From: Octopus vulgaris
Taxonomy: Eukaryota
NCBI GenBank assembly: GCA_951406725.2
Contig: OX597818.1
Location: forward strand, 81,034,001-81,098,000
Length of the DNA stretch: 64,000 bases
Reading direction: 5' to 3'
In this document: piece after piece, positions 1 through 12,700 of the stretch
How the letters are laid out: every line of letters begins with the position of its first letter
Numbering within the stretch: position 1 is the stretch's first letter
Translations under genes and position numbers: made by a program
The notes under the pieces: generated by a model
The model's database searches: none
Told to the model about the DNA's origin: nothing
What the model saw: the letters and a program-made list of their open reading frames with translations, nothing else

Positions 1-174
1 TATGTTGGACCGAGAAGTGTGGTGGGTAGTCTTTGTTGCTGTAGCCTTGGCTGGAACCCAGCCATAAAAACAAAATAAGGCTTCTCACATGTATCCTGCA
101 ATGTCATTCTAAAAATAAAACAATCACATCATTGGAATCTTGAAGCTATAAGATAATGTGTAATTGATTCAAAA

Positions 175-585
175 TAATGTTAATTAATATTAATACTTAT
201 CGCCAAGCTAATATGGTAGTCCAGAAATATAGGACGAATGCTGCCATTGATTAGCTCCAAGAGGCCATCACCTCTAGCTAGGTATGTGACACATGAACCT
301 GTGTCCATTATAACCTTCGAACAGGGGAGGTCAGCCATTTCCCCTTGTTGGTCAGGCATCTGCAGATTAGTTTCAGGGTATTTGCCCTTTATCAATGCAG
401 AGCAGCCGAACCCAGCAGGCATCACTACTGACTGTCTGTTCAATGGATTATTTACCTAAATTCAGCATTCGTCCTATATTTCTCGACTGCCATATTAGCT
501 TGGCGATAACTATTAATATCCAGTGCCACTGCTGTAGTCTCCTTTAGAGAGACTTAGAAATATTAATATTTCTAATGTTAATTAA
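175..585. mobile_element. HHR-bearing retrozyme/PLE-pLTR-like element with internal inversion
   Basis: Homologous to the 57447-58432 unit; taatgttaattaa repeated at 175-187 and 573-585 (probable TSD); interrupts a MITE. Confidence 0.7.
359..401 (-). ncRNA. Minimal type-I hammerhead motif, U3-A8 core variant
   Basis: Reverse complement reads TCTGCA-TTGATAA-AGGG-caaata-CCCT-GAAAC-TA-ATC-TGCAGA. Stems I and II are perfect; stem III has one mismatch. Confidence 0.65.
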
Positions 586-3500
586 GCGTTACATTTGATG
601 GAGCAATCTGAATGCTAAGGGATGATTAAACCAGCCACATCCAGCCCAAACAGTCTGCCTGTTTTATGTTCAAACAAGTCAGATCTGGCCTCTCACACCT
701 ACCCAACAATGTCATTTAAAAAATAAACAATCATATCATCAAAATGTTGAAGCTATGAGATAAAGAATGATAAATTTAAAACAATGTGAATGAATATTAC
801 ATTTGATGAAGTTATCTGATTGCTAAAGGATTAAATATGACAAAGTATATACACAGATTTTACAAGCACGTGTGTGTGATATTGGCAGTATTTCTGTGTG
901 TGTGTCTCATATCTACATTATATGTGCGTATGCAATAGCTACACATATACATGTGAATATGTGTGTGTTTGCACAATATCTATACTATATATGTGTATGA
1001 TATCTGCAGTGTATGTTGGGTATCTATAGTATGCATATGTGCATGTGTGTGATATCTATGGTATACGTTTGTATATGTGTGTGTGTGTCATATCCTCTGT
1101 ATATGTGTGATATCTACAGTGTGTGTGTTGGATGTGTATAGTATGCATGCGTATGATGTCTACAGTAAATGTGTGTATATATCCGTCTGATATCTACAGT
1201 GTGTGTGTGTATACATATGTATATATATATTTCTTTATTGCCCACAAGGGGCTAAACATAGAGGGGACAAACAAGGACAGACAAATGGATGCAGTCGATT
1301 ACATCACCCCCCAGTGCATAATTGGTACTTATTTAATCGACCCCGAAAGGATGAAAGGCGAAGTCGACCTCGGCGGAATTTGAACTCAGAATGTAGCGGC
1401 ATGATGATGACTGCCTTGTTGTAATACACAAACACACACACACACACACGCGTGGTTTGTACACCCGTGTCTATAAAGAGATTTTCTCGCAGGTGAAAAT
1501 CACATATTATGTTTACACTGATGTATATACATTAAATATAGTATACAGATAGCTATTCTAATGAATGATTAATTTCACAAATGAATGCTATTAGATTATA
1601 ATGAATCTTATTAAATTACTGTTTTAGTCTGAGAACTTAAACTAAATTATTGTTTGCATGTAATACAGGAAGTTCTGGTCTTGCTCCAAGTAACCAAAGC
1701 AATACCTATCACTGAAGAGGTGAAATCGCACTGAAACAATGTGTTTGGTAGTCTGCTGATATCACTTGAAGCTTGGCTTAATGTGTTTTTAGACACAAAT
1801 TCTACAAAGAGACAATTTTCCTTCCATGACAACAAAATTCCATAGCATATTCCTTTCATATTTTAGTGTAGAGTAACATGTTAAAAATAAACGTACACAT
1901 TTTTTATTTTGATCCTAACTGCTTCATGTGTGCATAAATCATCATCATCATTATCAGCAGTACATCTGTTTTTCTATGCTTGCATCAATTGCATGAGTTC
2001 TTTTTGTCTGTCTGTCTTTGTTTTCTCCTCTTCCTCCTATTCCTTAAATTGTGATGTATTTCTTTTTCTCTTTACCTCCTATTTTCTCCTGCTTTTCTTT
2101 TTTATTCTCTTTTCTCCTTTCTGTTTTTCTCTCCTCAATCTATCTGTATATCTATATGTGTGTGTCTGTCTCTGTCTGTCTCTCTTTATCCCCCCTCCCC
2201 CGTCTTTACTTCTCTACTTCACAATTTTTTCTCTCCTTGTCTCCTTTCTCTCTCTCTATTTAACTTTCCTTTGTATCTTACATTTTCTCCTTATTTTCTC
2301 TCTTTCCATTTCTTTCTTTCTTTCTCCTCTCTGCCTCATCTCTCTCCCCCATTTCTCTTCTCTTTCTTTCCCCCATTTCTCTCTCCCCCCATTTTTCTCT
2401 CTCTCCCCAATTTCTCTTCTCTCTCTCCCCTCTCCCTCTTCTTCCATCTCTCTCTCTCTCTCTTTCTCTCACACCCTCCCTTTTTCTACTACCTGCATAC
2501 CACCCAAAACTCCAAGCCTGTCATCCTATTTACCCAACCTTCAGAATAAAGTCAGATAATCCCTGTCTGCTTCTCACCCCTCCCCCACCACCACTTCTGC
2601 CTTACCACAGCCTCTTCTACCTCCAACCCCTACCAGCACAACTACCACTTTCAGGGCCTTTACCCCTGACCTTACCACCCCAATCATCAAATCCCCTACC
2701 CACTAACACCAACACCCCCATCCCCCCACCATTGTGTTTGGAGAATATAGCCTTTTTCATAGTTTATTTTTTTATTCCTCACATTCATGTCTGTGCTTTC
2801 TGGAAATTGTTTTTTTAAGGACCAAGCTTGTGGAACAAATATGGTTCAGTGGATTAGTCTAGTGTATGTAGTTATAATCTGGGGCCAATTGGGGATTTGT
2901 GCATTTTTATTTTATTAAAACGTTTTGAAGGAAGCAAGGTTGTTTGACTATTTGCTATTTCCTCCTCCTCCTCATCATCATCATCCTTTCTACTATAGGC
3001 ACAAGGCCTGAAATTGCAGGATGATTGAAGTTTGGCAGTAATAATGTTAATAATAATAATAATTTCAAATTTTGGCACAAGGCCAGCAATTTTGGGAGAA
3101 GGGTGGGTGTAGCAGGTACTTATTTTATTGATCCTGAAAGGATGGAAGGCAAAGTTGACCTTGGCGGAATTTGAACTCAGAATGTAATGACAGTCGAAAT
3201 GCCTCTTGGAGTTTTGTCTGGCATGTTAATGATTCTGATAGCTTGCTACCTTAATGATGATAATAATGATGATAATAATAATAATAATAATAATATTAAT
3301 AATCTTTTCTACTATAGGCACAGGGCTTGAAATTTTTGGGGAGGGGGCTAGTCAATTACATTGACCCCAGTGGGTAACTGGTACTTGTTTCATCAACCCT
3401 GAAAGGTTAGAGCAAAGTTTGACCTCAGCGGATTTTGAACTCAGAACTTAAATTTTGATGAAATGACAAATTTTGATGAAATGACGCAAAGCATTTTGCT

Positions 3501-3755
3501 TAGTGTGCTAATGATTATACCAGCTCGCCGCTTTAAATAATAATAATAATGATAATAATAATAATAGTAATATTGGTTATAAATTTTGGCACAAAGCCAG
3601 CAAGTTCAGGAGAAGGGTTAAGTCAATGCCAGTGCTCAATTGGCATTTATTTTATCAACCCTGAAAGATTGAAAAGCAAATTTGACTTTGGTGGTGCTGG
3701 TTGTTTATTTTCTTGTGTGTTCCATTTCTGACCTTATTTTCTCTATCTTCTACAG

Positions 3756-3817
3756 GTGCAGCACTCAATGATATTTCCCAGATTTATAAACAACTTGAAA
3801 TACAAACTGAAGAGAAA
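3756..3817 (+). CDS. BAIAP2: IRSp53/BAIAP2-like gene, exon A (I-BAR/IMD): (G)AALNDISQIYKQLEIQTEEK
   Basis: Pyrimidine tract + tacag acceptor, gtaagt donor; 62 bp, phase 1 to 0. Resembles the IMD segment GDVLFQMAEVHRQIQNQLEEM of human IRSp53 (from recall). Confidence 0.88.
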
Positions 3818-4424
3818 GTAAGTCTCCATTTTTGTTATATTTCCAGCCACTGAATAGCTGGTGTTTAACTGAGAATCATCATCATCATTGTTTTAAAATC
3901 ATTTTTCTATGGCTGGATGGAGTTTAACAAAGCAGATTTTGCTCTTTCTGTCTCCAACCTGCATCTGTTAATATTTCTCCCATGGCCAAACATATTTTTG
4001 CAGAATATGAGAGATGAATGATACTGCTTATATGACAGCGACATTCCTTTACAGCAATCATGCAATGCCAAAGCAAGGAAACACAAACATACATACTCAT
4101 ATACATACTCACACACACACACACAGTTGTCTCTAAAGTGATGGAGGGTGCTAGTAAGCATTGCTAGAGATAAGAGTCAAAACAACTCTTAGCCATGTGA
4201 GAACACTTTACTTACTAGCACCCTCTGTTACTTTACTGACAACTGTACTTGTTGCCTATCAGTTCTAAATTGCAAATAACCACCTTAATAATTTATATAT
4301 GTGTGTGTGTGTATACACACACACACTTACACACTGAGTGGGTACTACTACTTCACTAGCCATGACAGACGGAAAGGATGCACCTGAAACCATGGATTTG
4401 AGTTTATGAAAACAATATTTATAT

Positions 4425-4500
4425 ATCACCTGAGGAAACAACTAGATCTCATAATGCAAGGGTTGGGAGAACTATGTTGCATGGAAACAATTGTAGTGAT
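4425..4500 (+). ncRNA. Type-I hammerhead motif, degenerate stem II
   Basis: ATCAC-CTGAGGA-...-GAAAC-AATT-GTA-GTGAT; stem I is 5 perfect bp; base of stem II is mismatched. Confidence 0.5.
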
Positions 4501-5294
4501 TACAAATAAATTTTCCTCTGTACTCCTTGTTGATTCCAACTTATTCAATTATCCATTCACACACTACAGAAGTTCCAGTGCAAATCTGGCAGTTCATATA
4601 ATTCTACTGCTGGATAGCACTGGATGAAATCTGAAGGTGGACTAGCTTCATACTGTACTCTGCTGCATTTGTAACAGAATATAACCTAAGTTATAATGAA
4701 TGATCATAGGATTGCACCTAGAAAGTTCCCCTCTGAGGCACAACTCCAGGCAAGGTTGTTTATGGAAGATAAGTGGTTGCCTATGCATACCAACCTCCTC
4801 TCTCCATGTTACCAGTAGTATCCAAGAAAAAGGCAAAGGCTGATACAGCTTGGCACCAGTGATGTCACAACTCATTCCTACAGCTGAGTGAACTGGAGCA
4901 ATGTGAAATAAAGTATCTTGCTCAAGAAAACAGCTCACAGCCCAGTCTGGGAATTGAACTCACGATTGTGAGCCCTATTCTGTAACCCATGAGCCATGCA
5001 CCACAACAGGCTTCTTGTCACCCAGCTTAAAACCATCATTTGATCCTTGGGTACCTTTAACAAGTCAACTCAATTGTTACCCACTTTAACACCACCACCT
5101 GGTGCTTGAGTAGAGTCCACTCTGTTAGAAATATTTATGGCAGGTGTTTAATTACATAAGAACTCCTGCTCTTTGGCTTACCTGTCTTAGAGGACATGAG
5201 AAAACATCTACTGTTCTCTCTCCTGCCCTCCCTTCTCCACTTTCTTTCAAGAAAACAAAAATTGTATCTGTTTCATGTTGTTGTTTTATTGTAG

Positions 5295-5366
5295 ATGAAA
5301 AGTCTGATGCAGGATATATCATTTCCTCTGGAGAATAAACTGGAATCAGATATGAAGAACATTCCG
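5295..5366 (+). CDS. BAIAP2: IRSp53/BAIAP2-like exon B (IMD): MKSLMQDISFPLENKLESDMKNIP
   Basis: gtag acceptor, gtaagt donor; 72 bp, phase 0/0; matches the LKSF..LEQKVELD pattern. Confidence 0.9.
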
Positions 5367-6685
5367 GTAAGTTGGTGTTATTTAATGACTTATTTAACAG
5401 CATATTTTAATGATATTGTTTAATGGTATTATTTAGTAGCATTGTTTAATGACATTACTTAATGATGTTATCAATGGTGTTATTTAATGAACTTATTTAA
5501 TGATCTTATTTAACAGCATATTTTAATGATATTGTTTAATGTTATTATTTAGCAGCATTGTTTAATGACATTACTTAATGATGTTATCAATGGTGTTATT
5601 TAATTACATTATTTAATGATGATATTTAATGCCATTGAAGATGACAAGCTGGCAGAATTGTTAGCACTCAGGACAAAATGTGGTCAAACTAAAGTGCTTG
5701 ACCTGAGCAAAAGAAAAAATAGTACAATAAGTGTAGAACAACATGTAGTAAACAAATATGAAGCAAAAAATGCGCGCTAGTGAACGAGTGCAGGGAAGAG
5801 GACTTGGAAACTTCACATCAGGAATGTTCTGAGTCCTTTCACCACTTTCCCGACTGTTGGCGAAATTTTTTTCTTCATATTTGTTTACTACACATTATTT
5901 TACACCTAGCAGACTATTTTTTTTCCCTAATTTTTATGATGGGAGGTGGATGGGGTGCGAACTTGGATAATTCATATGATCCAGTAACCCCACTTTGACA
6001 CCCAGTCACAAAAATGAAAAAAACAGTAGTGTAAAAGGTGTAAGACAACATGTAGTAAACGAATATGAAAAAAAAAATGTGCGCTGGTGAACAGGGGTGG
6101 GGCAAGGGAGAGGACATGGAAAATTCAGACCTTGACCTTTAAACTCCAGGGTTTGACCTGAGCAAAAAAAAAATAGTGTAATAGGTGTAGAACAACATGT
6201 AGTAAACGAATATGAGAAAAACAATGCGCACTGGCAAATGGGGTGGTGGTGGCGGCATGTAAAAGCACCCACTACACTCTTGGAGTGGTTGGCGTTAGGA
6301 AGGGCACCTTGCTGTAGAAACTCTGCCAGATCAAGATTGGAACCTGTACAGCCATCTGGTTTGCCAGTCCTCAGTCAAATCATCCAACCCATGCTAGCAT
6401 GGAAAGCGGACGTTAAATGATGATGATGAGGATATGACTAGTTTAACCCTTTAGCATTCAGATTACTCTGCCAAATGTAAATCTTAATTATGTTGTATAG
6501 AATAACGCATTATCTTGTAGCTTCAAAATTTCAATGATGTGATTGTTTATTTCTATAATGGCACTACGGTAGCTGTGTGACATTAGATCTGGCTATTCTG
6601 AACATAAAACGGGTGGAATTTTTAGGCTGGATAAGGTGGTGAGGTGGCAGGTTGGGTAAAATGCTAAGTGGCATTTTGTCCATTA

Positions 6686-7320
6686 AGGTGGCGAGCTGGC
6701 AGAAACGTTAGCACGCTGGGCCAAATGCTTAGCAGTATTTCGTCTGTCGTTATGTTCTGAGTTCAAATTCCGCCAAGGTCGACTTTGCCTTTCATCCTTT
6801 CGGGGTCGATTAAATAAGTACCAGTTTCGCACTGGGTCGATGTAATCGACTTAATCCCTTTTTCTGTCCTTGTTTGTCCTCTCTGTGTTTAGCCCCTTGT
6901 GGGTAGTAAAGAAATAAAAAAAAAAAAAAAAAAAAAAACTGAGGCGGCGAGCTGGCAGACACGTTAGCACGCCGGGTGAAATGCTTAGTGGTATTTCGTT
7001 TGCCACTACGTTCTGAGTTCAAATTCCGCCGAGGTCAGCTTTGCCTTTCATCCTTTCGGGGTCGATTAAATAAGTACCAGTTACGCACTGGGGGCGATAT
7101 AATCGACTTAATCCCTTTGTCTGTCCTTGTTTGTCCTCTCTGTGTTTAGCCCCTTGTGGGTAGTAAAGAAATAGGCATTTTGTCCATCTTGATGTTCTGA
7201 GTTCAAATTCCGCTGAGGTTGACTTTGCTCTTCATCCTCTTGAGGTTGATGAAATAAGTACCAGTTAAGTATTGGGGTCTATGTAATTGACTTTTCCCCT
7301 CCCTTGAAATTGGTGGCCTT
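6686..7320 (+). mobile_element. Cluster of tRNA-derived SINE family A (ggcggcgagctggcagaaacgttagc...), about three tandem modules
   Basis: B-box-like gagttcaaattcc and A-rich tails; many near-identical copies across the window (e.g. 1230-1400 minus, 19725-20130, 45185-45390, 53590-53997, 56526-56936). Confidence 0.85.
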
Positions 7321-7852
7321 CTGCCAAAATTTGAAACCAATATTTAGGCAGGATGTGTTTGGTTTACATGCTATAAAGGTTAAAGCTGTTACAGCTTGTT
7401 TCTCTTTCAAAGTTTTCTCCCCTTGCTTTTTTCTTCTTGGGCTCATCTGTAAAGCAGTAGAGTAGTTTAGAGAGCCACAATCCCTGTAAACATGCAGACA
7501 CTCATACACAGGGGTGTGCAGGTGGTGCAAGCGCACCCCCTAGAATTTTTGCGGAGTGCAGAACCAAAATTTACAGCCCTACTTATTTTTCTCAGGTTTA
7601 GAATACGGTAAATAAAACGTGATGTGTAAAAAGTAGCTTGAACTTCGGTTCCTTCTCAAAGAACAAAACACAAAAATAACAAAAAAAAAAAAGACCTTGT
7701 TTGTAAATATTTTTGGACCTGGGTTTGCACTCCCTAAGCAAATTTCATTCCTGAGCCAGTGTACACATGTACACTCAAGCACATATGTACACATGTATAT
7801 ATACACACCGAGTGCTGTACAATTTAGTGACTTGCTTACTATTTTATTCCAG

Positions 7853-7978
7853 TCTTCATTGAAGAAATACAACCAAGAACATAAAGCCATAGTAGTTCCC
7901 TTCGAGAAGGCTCAAAACACACTCAGTAAAATGCAGAAGAAGAAGACTCGCTCAAAATTTAGTGATAAAGAAGCTGAG
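7853..7978 (+). CDS. BAIAP2: IRSp53/BAIAP2-like exon C (IMD basic tip): SSLKKYNQEHKAIVVPFEKAQNTLSKMQKKKTRSKFSDKEAE
   Basis: ttccag acceptor, gtaagt donor; 126 bp; LKKY...K(Y/F)SDKE and a lysine cluster typical of I-BAR membrane-binding tips. Confidence 0.92.
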
Positions 7979-8290
7979 GTAAGTCTTTCTGTTAGTTTTC
8001 CTCTTCCTTTTTCGTGTCTTTGTATTTAAATCTTCACATATTCATAATGTATGTGATGATGATGATGATGATTTGATGTTGATGATGTTTGTACATTAGT
8101 AATGTATGTGTGTGTGTGTATAAGGTAGTGATGATAGGAGTGTATGTGTGTATAATGGTGGTGTGTGTATGTGTGAGATAGTGATGATGGGTGTGTGTAT
8201 GTGTGTGTGTGTGAGAGAGAGAGGAAGGAAAAGGGATAATGGCAAAGGCAACGTGTGGTGATGGCAATGTGTGTGTATGATGTTGGTGTG

Positions 8291-8353
<63 letters not shown>

Positions 8354-8526
8354 TGATGATGGTGTGAGTGTGTGTGTGTTTGTGAGAGGTTGTGTTGGTG
8401 GTGGTGATGACTACACCATTACCACAACCACCACTACCACCACCACAACCAATACCATAGCAACCACTATTACTATCCTTTACTCACCCCACCATTTCTC
8501 TGTATTTTTGTCTCTTCATTTTGCAG

Positions 8527-8592
8527 TATGCTCAAACAATCAGCAAAGCCCAGATGAAACTTCATGACCACAGAGTATCTGGTTTACAAAAG
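8527..8592 (+). CDS. BAIAP2: IRSp53/BAIAP2-like exon D (IMD): YAQTISKAQMKLHDHRVSGLQK
   Basis: ttgcag acceptor, gtaagc donor; 66 bp, phase 0/0. Confidence 0.88.
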
Positions 8593-8829
8593 GTAAGCAT
8601 GTCTTCGGTCAGTCATTCATTCATTCATCCATTCAGTTATTCATAATGACTGAACCATGTAAAATATATCCATGATATATTTTACTACTGTTACATTACT
8701 CTGTGTGAGTGTGTGCATGTGTTTGACTTGCTTGTCTTCATGTTTTTGTTGTAGTCTGAATTTCATTGTCTTTGTATATATTCAGTGGTTTAAGGATGTA
8801 GCCATTGGATATGATATAATTGACTAAAT

Positions 8830-9227
8830 AGGTGCAGCAGTGGCTGTATGGTAAGTAGCTTGCTTACTAGCCACATGGTTCTAGGTTCAGTCCCACTGCG
8901 TGGCACCTTGGGCAAGTGTCTCCTACTATAGCCTCGGGCCAACCAAAGCCTTGTGAGTTGATTTGGTAGACAGAAACTGAAAGCTGGCAGAAACGTTAGC
9001 ATGCCGGGCGAAATGCTTAGTGGTATTTCGTCTGTTGTTATGTTCTGAGCTCAAATTCTGCCGAGGTCGACTTTGCCTTTCAATCTTTCAGGATCGATAA
9101 ATTAAGTACTAGTTATGCACTGGGGTCAATGTAATCAACTTAATCCCTTTGTCTGTCCTTGTTTGTCCCCCTCTATGTTTGGCCCCTTGTGGACAATAAC
9201 GAAATAAGAAACTGAAAGAAGCCCATC

Positions 9228-9291
<64 letters not shown>

Positions 9292-9500
9292 ATGTTTGTG
9301 TGTCTGTATTTGTCCCCCCAACATCGCTTGACAACCAATGCTGTTTACGTCCTCATAACTTAGTGGTTCAGCAAAAGAGACCAATAAAATAAGTACTAGG
9401 CTTACAAAGAATAAATCCTGGGGTCGATTTGCTCAACTAAAGGTGGTGCCCCAGCATGGCCGCAGTCAAATGACTGAAACAAGTAAAGGAATTAAAGAAT
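8830..9500 (+). mobile_element. CORE-like tRNA SINE (family B) with nested family-A SINE at 8984-9206
   Basis: tRNA-like head with ggcaccttgggcaagtgtc; nested copy flanked by a 12-bp TSD agaaactgaaag (8972-8983, 9207-9218). Other family-B copies at about 13082-13482, 18800-19200, 46862-47895, 54635-55025 and 39275-39423 (minus). Confidence 0.85.
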
Positions 9501-9743
9501 AAGATATGTTGTGTGTGATGTGTATATGTCTTTCAATGAAACTAATTTCTTTGCTACTTGCTGTTGGTAGAATGACAAGAATAGTCAAATTTTTGTGGAG
9601 AAGTGTAGAAAAGATCAATTTCAATGATAGTTTCAGTTGATTTTCTTTTTATTTCACGGATATATACAATTACAGTTAAATGTAAATAAACTGGAAATAA
9701 TTTCCCTTAGTCAATAAGAAACTTGAAAATATATCGTATAGCA

Positions 9744-12700
9744 CAAGGATGTCCGGCCTGCAGGTTGCATTGCAGCCCACTTTGTTTTCATGCAGCTTGC
9801 TGGCAATTCAGATTCTGTGTTATTTTCTGGTTATATTTTCATTTACTTTGATAATGTATAATGAGAAAATTATTCTCAGAAGTGCTATTTTGAATGGACC
9901 AATGAAAACCTCAATAGAGGGAGATAAAATGAGAGAGGCCATGGGGTTTATGATGTAGAATAGCTGACTCTACATCATAGAGTCAGCCATTTGTTGATGC
10001 ATAATAAACAGCCATTGTTTCAGTTTCAAATCTTTTGTGTTTGGATCAATATTGATTGTATTATTTCTTAATCTTGTTTACAATGTCAACAGTGGTGCTT
10101 CAATTTTTTATAGTTAGGCTAAACCTAATGCTTTATGCAGAAGAACCTTTATTTGTTACTGATTTCTGGAATATTGATATCAGCATGATTACGTAATAAT
10201 TTTAATTGTTAATTTTAATAGCCTGCTATCTGGTCATGGCATCTGATACCAAGAAGAGAAAAATATGAGTAGAAAAGTGAAAATTCAATATCCTATGGAC
10301 AGAAAAATATTTCGTAACTGAAGCATGCAATAATATTATCTGCTTCATATGTAATGATAAAATTGCTGTATGAAAGTAAAATAATATTAAGTGTCACTAT
10401 GCTGCCAAACATGAGTCACAATATAATGAATTTAACGGAGAAGGAAGGAAAATGAAAATAGATGAATTGAAGAAGAGGCTTAGTTCACAACAAAACAATT
10501 TCAAAAAACATGTTGAGAAAACTGGTACATGTACAAAAGTTAGTTATTTAATAGCTGAAAAATTGGGTCAGAAGGGTAAGCCACCATTAGATTGTGAATT
10601 AATAAAACAATGCATAGTAGTGTCACCTATAGCCTAGTCACCCATATAGTTAACCAGGTGATACACGAAGGAGTCATACCCAATGACTGGTGTAGCAGCA
10701 TTATAGTCAACTGCTACAAAGGTAAAGGTGATGCTTTAGATACAAATAATTACAGAGGTATCAAGTTATTGGATCAGGTAATGAAGGCCACGGAGAGGGT
10801 CATAGACCAACTAATTAGGGAGAGAGTCAGTTTAGATGAGATGCAGTTTGGGTTCGTGCTAAGGAAAAGCACCACTGATGCTATATTTCTGGTAAGACAG
10901 CTGCAGGAGAAATACCTAGCCAAAGCTAAACCTCTGTACCTGGCTTTCGTTGACATGGAGAAAGCCTTTGACAGGGTCCCCCGTTCCCTCATCTGGTGGT
11001 CAATGAGGAAACTAGGGATAGCTGAATGGTTAGTGAAAGCTGTGCAAGCCATGTACAGGGACACTGTCAGTAAGGTGAGGGTTGGCAACAAGTACAGTGA
11101 AGAATTCCGAGTAGAGGTAGGTGTCCACCAAGGTTCAGTCCCCAGTCCCCTTTTATTTATCATAGTCATCCTGGCAATAACAGAGGAATTCAAGACAGGA
11201 TGCCCCTGGGAGCTCCTCTATGCTGATGACCTTGCTCTAATTGCTGAGTCACTATCAGAACTAGAGAAGTTTCAAGTGTGGAAACAAGGATTAGAATTGA
11301 AGGGCCTTAGAGTCAACCTAGCTAAAACCAAAGTCCTAATAAGTAGGAAGGAAGTCAAACCACAAATCCCTTCTGGTAGATAGCTCTGCTTGATCTGTGG
11401 AAAAGGCGTAAGTACAATCTCCATGAAATATACCCAGTGTAAGCTATGGACACATAAGAGGTGCAGCAATAACAAAGGAAGGCTAACTGGGGAGATAGTT
11501 TTTGTATGTGGCAGATGCTCAGGAGCAATAAACACTGAAAATGTGCAGAGAACAACTTCCGCCACATTCCAGGGGAAAAAACTAAAAGTAGTTGATAGCT
11601 TCCGTTACCTAGGTGACCAAGTCAGTAGCGGGGGAGGGTGCATTGAAAGTGTAGCTGCTAGAATAAGAATAGCCTGGGCAAAGTTCAGAGAGCTCTTACC
11701 TCTGCTGGCGACAAAGGGCCTCTCGCTCAGAGTAAAAGGTATACTGTATGACGCGTGTGTACGAACAGCCATGCTACATGGCAGTGAAACATGGACCATG
11801 ACCCACTACACTCTCGAAATGTTTGGCGTTAGGAAGGGTATCCAGCTGTAGAAACTCTGCCAGATCAGATTGGAGTCTGGTGCAGCCATCTGGTTTGCCA
11901 GACCTCAGTCAAATCGTCCAACCCATGCTAGCATGGAAAGTGAATGTTAAACGATGATGATGATTGTCCCAAGAAGGTGAACTTATTCAATGAAACAAGT
12001 TTGTCACGTCAGACAATTGGTAGAGTAATAGATGACTTAGCCAACAGTATTGTGGGTATATTGCAGGCCCAATTATCGAAAAGTGTTCATTACAGTTTAG
12101 CATTGGACGAAAGTACTGATCAAAGTGACACTGCACAGTTGGTTATTTTCATCAGAGGAATTGATGTCAGTTTTAATATCATTAAAGAAATGTTGGACGT
12201 GTGTCATATGAAGGGTACAACAACTGGCAGGGACATAATTGAGCATGTTGATTTATTATTAGAAAAGTTCAATGTTGATAGAAATAAAATTAATTTGATT
12301 ACAACTGATTGTGCTCCTGCATTAACTGGTTAAAATAATGGGTTTATTACTTTATTCAAAGAAATGGTTGATCATGATATACTAATTATCATTGCTTGAT
12401 TAATCAACAGCAATTATGTGCTCAAAAATTAAATATGAAACAGTTGATGACAGATATTGTGAATGTTGTTAATTTTATCAGATCTCGGGGCTTGAACCAT
12501 CGTTCATTCAAAGCATACTTGGTAGAAGCTGGTAGTGAGTATGAAGACGTTATTTATTTCTCGAAAGTCAGATAGCTCAGTCAAGCAGCAACTTTGAATA
12601 GATTTCAATTATTGTTGCCTGAAATAAAACAGTTCATGCAAGACAAAAAGCAAAATGTAGATATTTTAGCAAATGAAAAATGGTTGAATGCATTTGATCA
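9744..12700 (+). mobile_element. Decayed hAT (SPIN/Buster, GTF2IRD2-like) DNA transposon
   Basis: Charlie-like terminus caaggatgtccggcctgc at 9744. Pseudo-ORF from 10236 with BED finger (WTEKYF..CFIC..HY..KH), SLSRQTI and catalytic SLALDESTD / QLVIFIRG / ITTDCAPALTG; many stops. Confidence 0.85.
10625..11964 (+). mobile_element. 5'-truncated RTE-clade LINE nested in the hAT
   Basis: RT motifs NYRGIKLL, QFGF, DMEKAFDRV, GVHQGS, LLYADDL; premature stop at 11381-11383; (GAT)n tail at 11953-11964. Confidence 0.92.

Noticed and set aside
1909-2559. 216-aa hydrophobic ORF
   Set aside because: Translation of a CT-rich low-complexity tract.
1-3755. Upstream IMD exons and start codon of the gene
   Set aside because: No segment with suitable splice sites and IMD similarity found; probably upstream of the window.
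5700-6240. Three diverged ~90-bp direct repeats, plus an AT-rich duplication at 5390-5630
   Set aside because: Real repeats but with no assignable family or function; probably transposon subterminal remnants and slippage.
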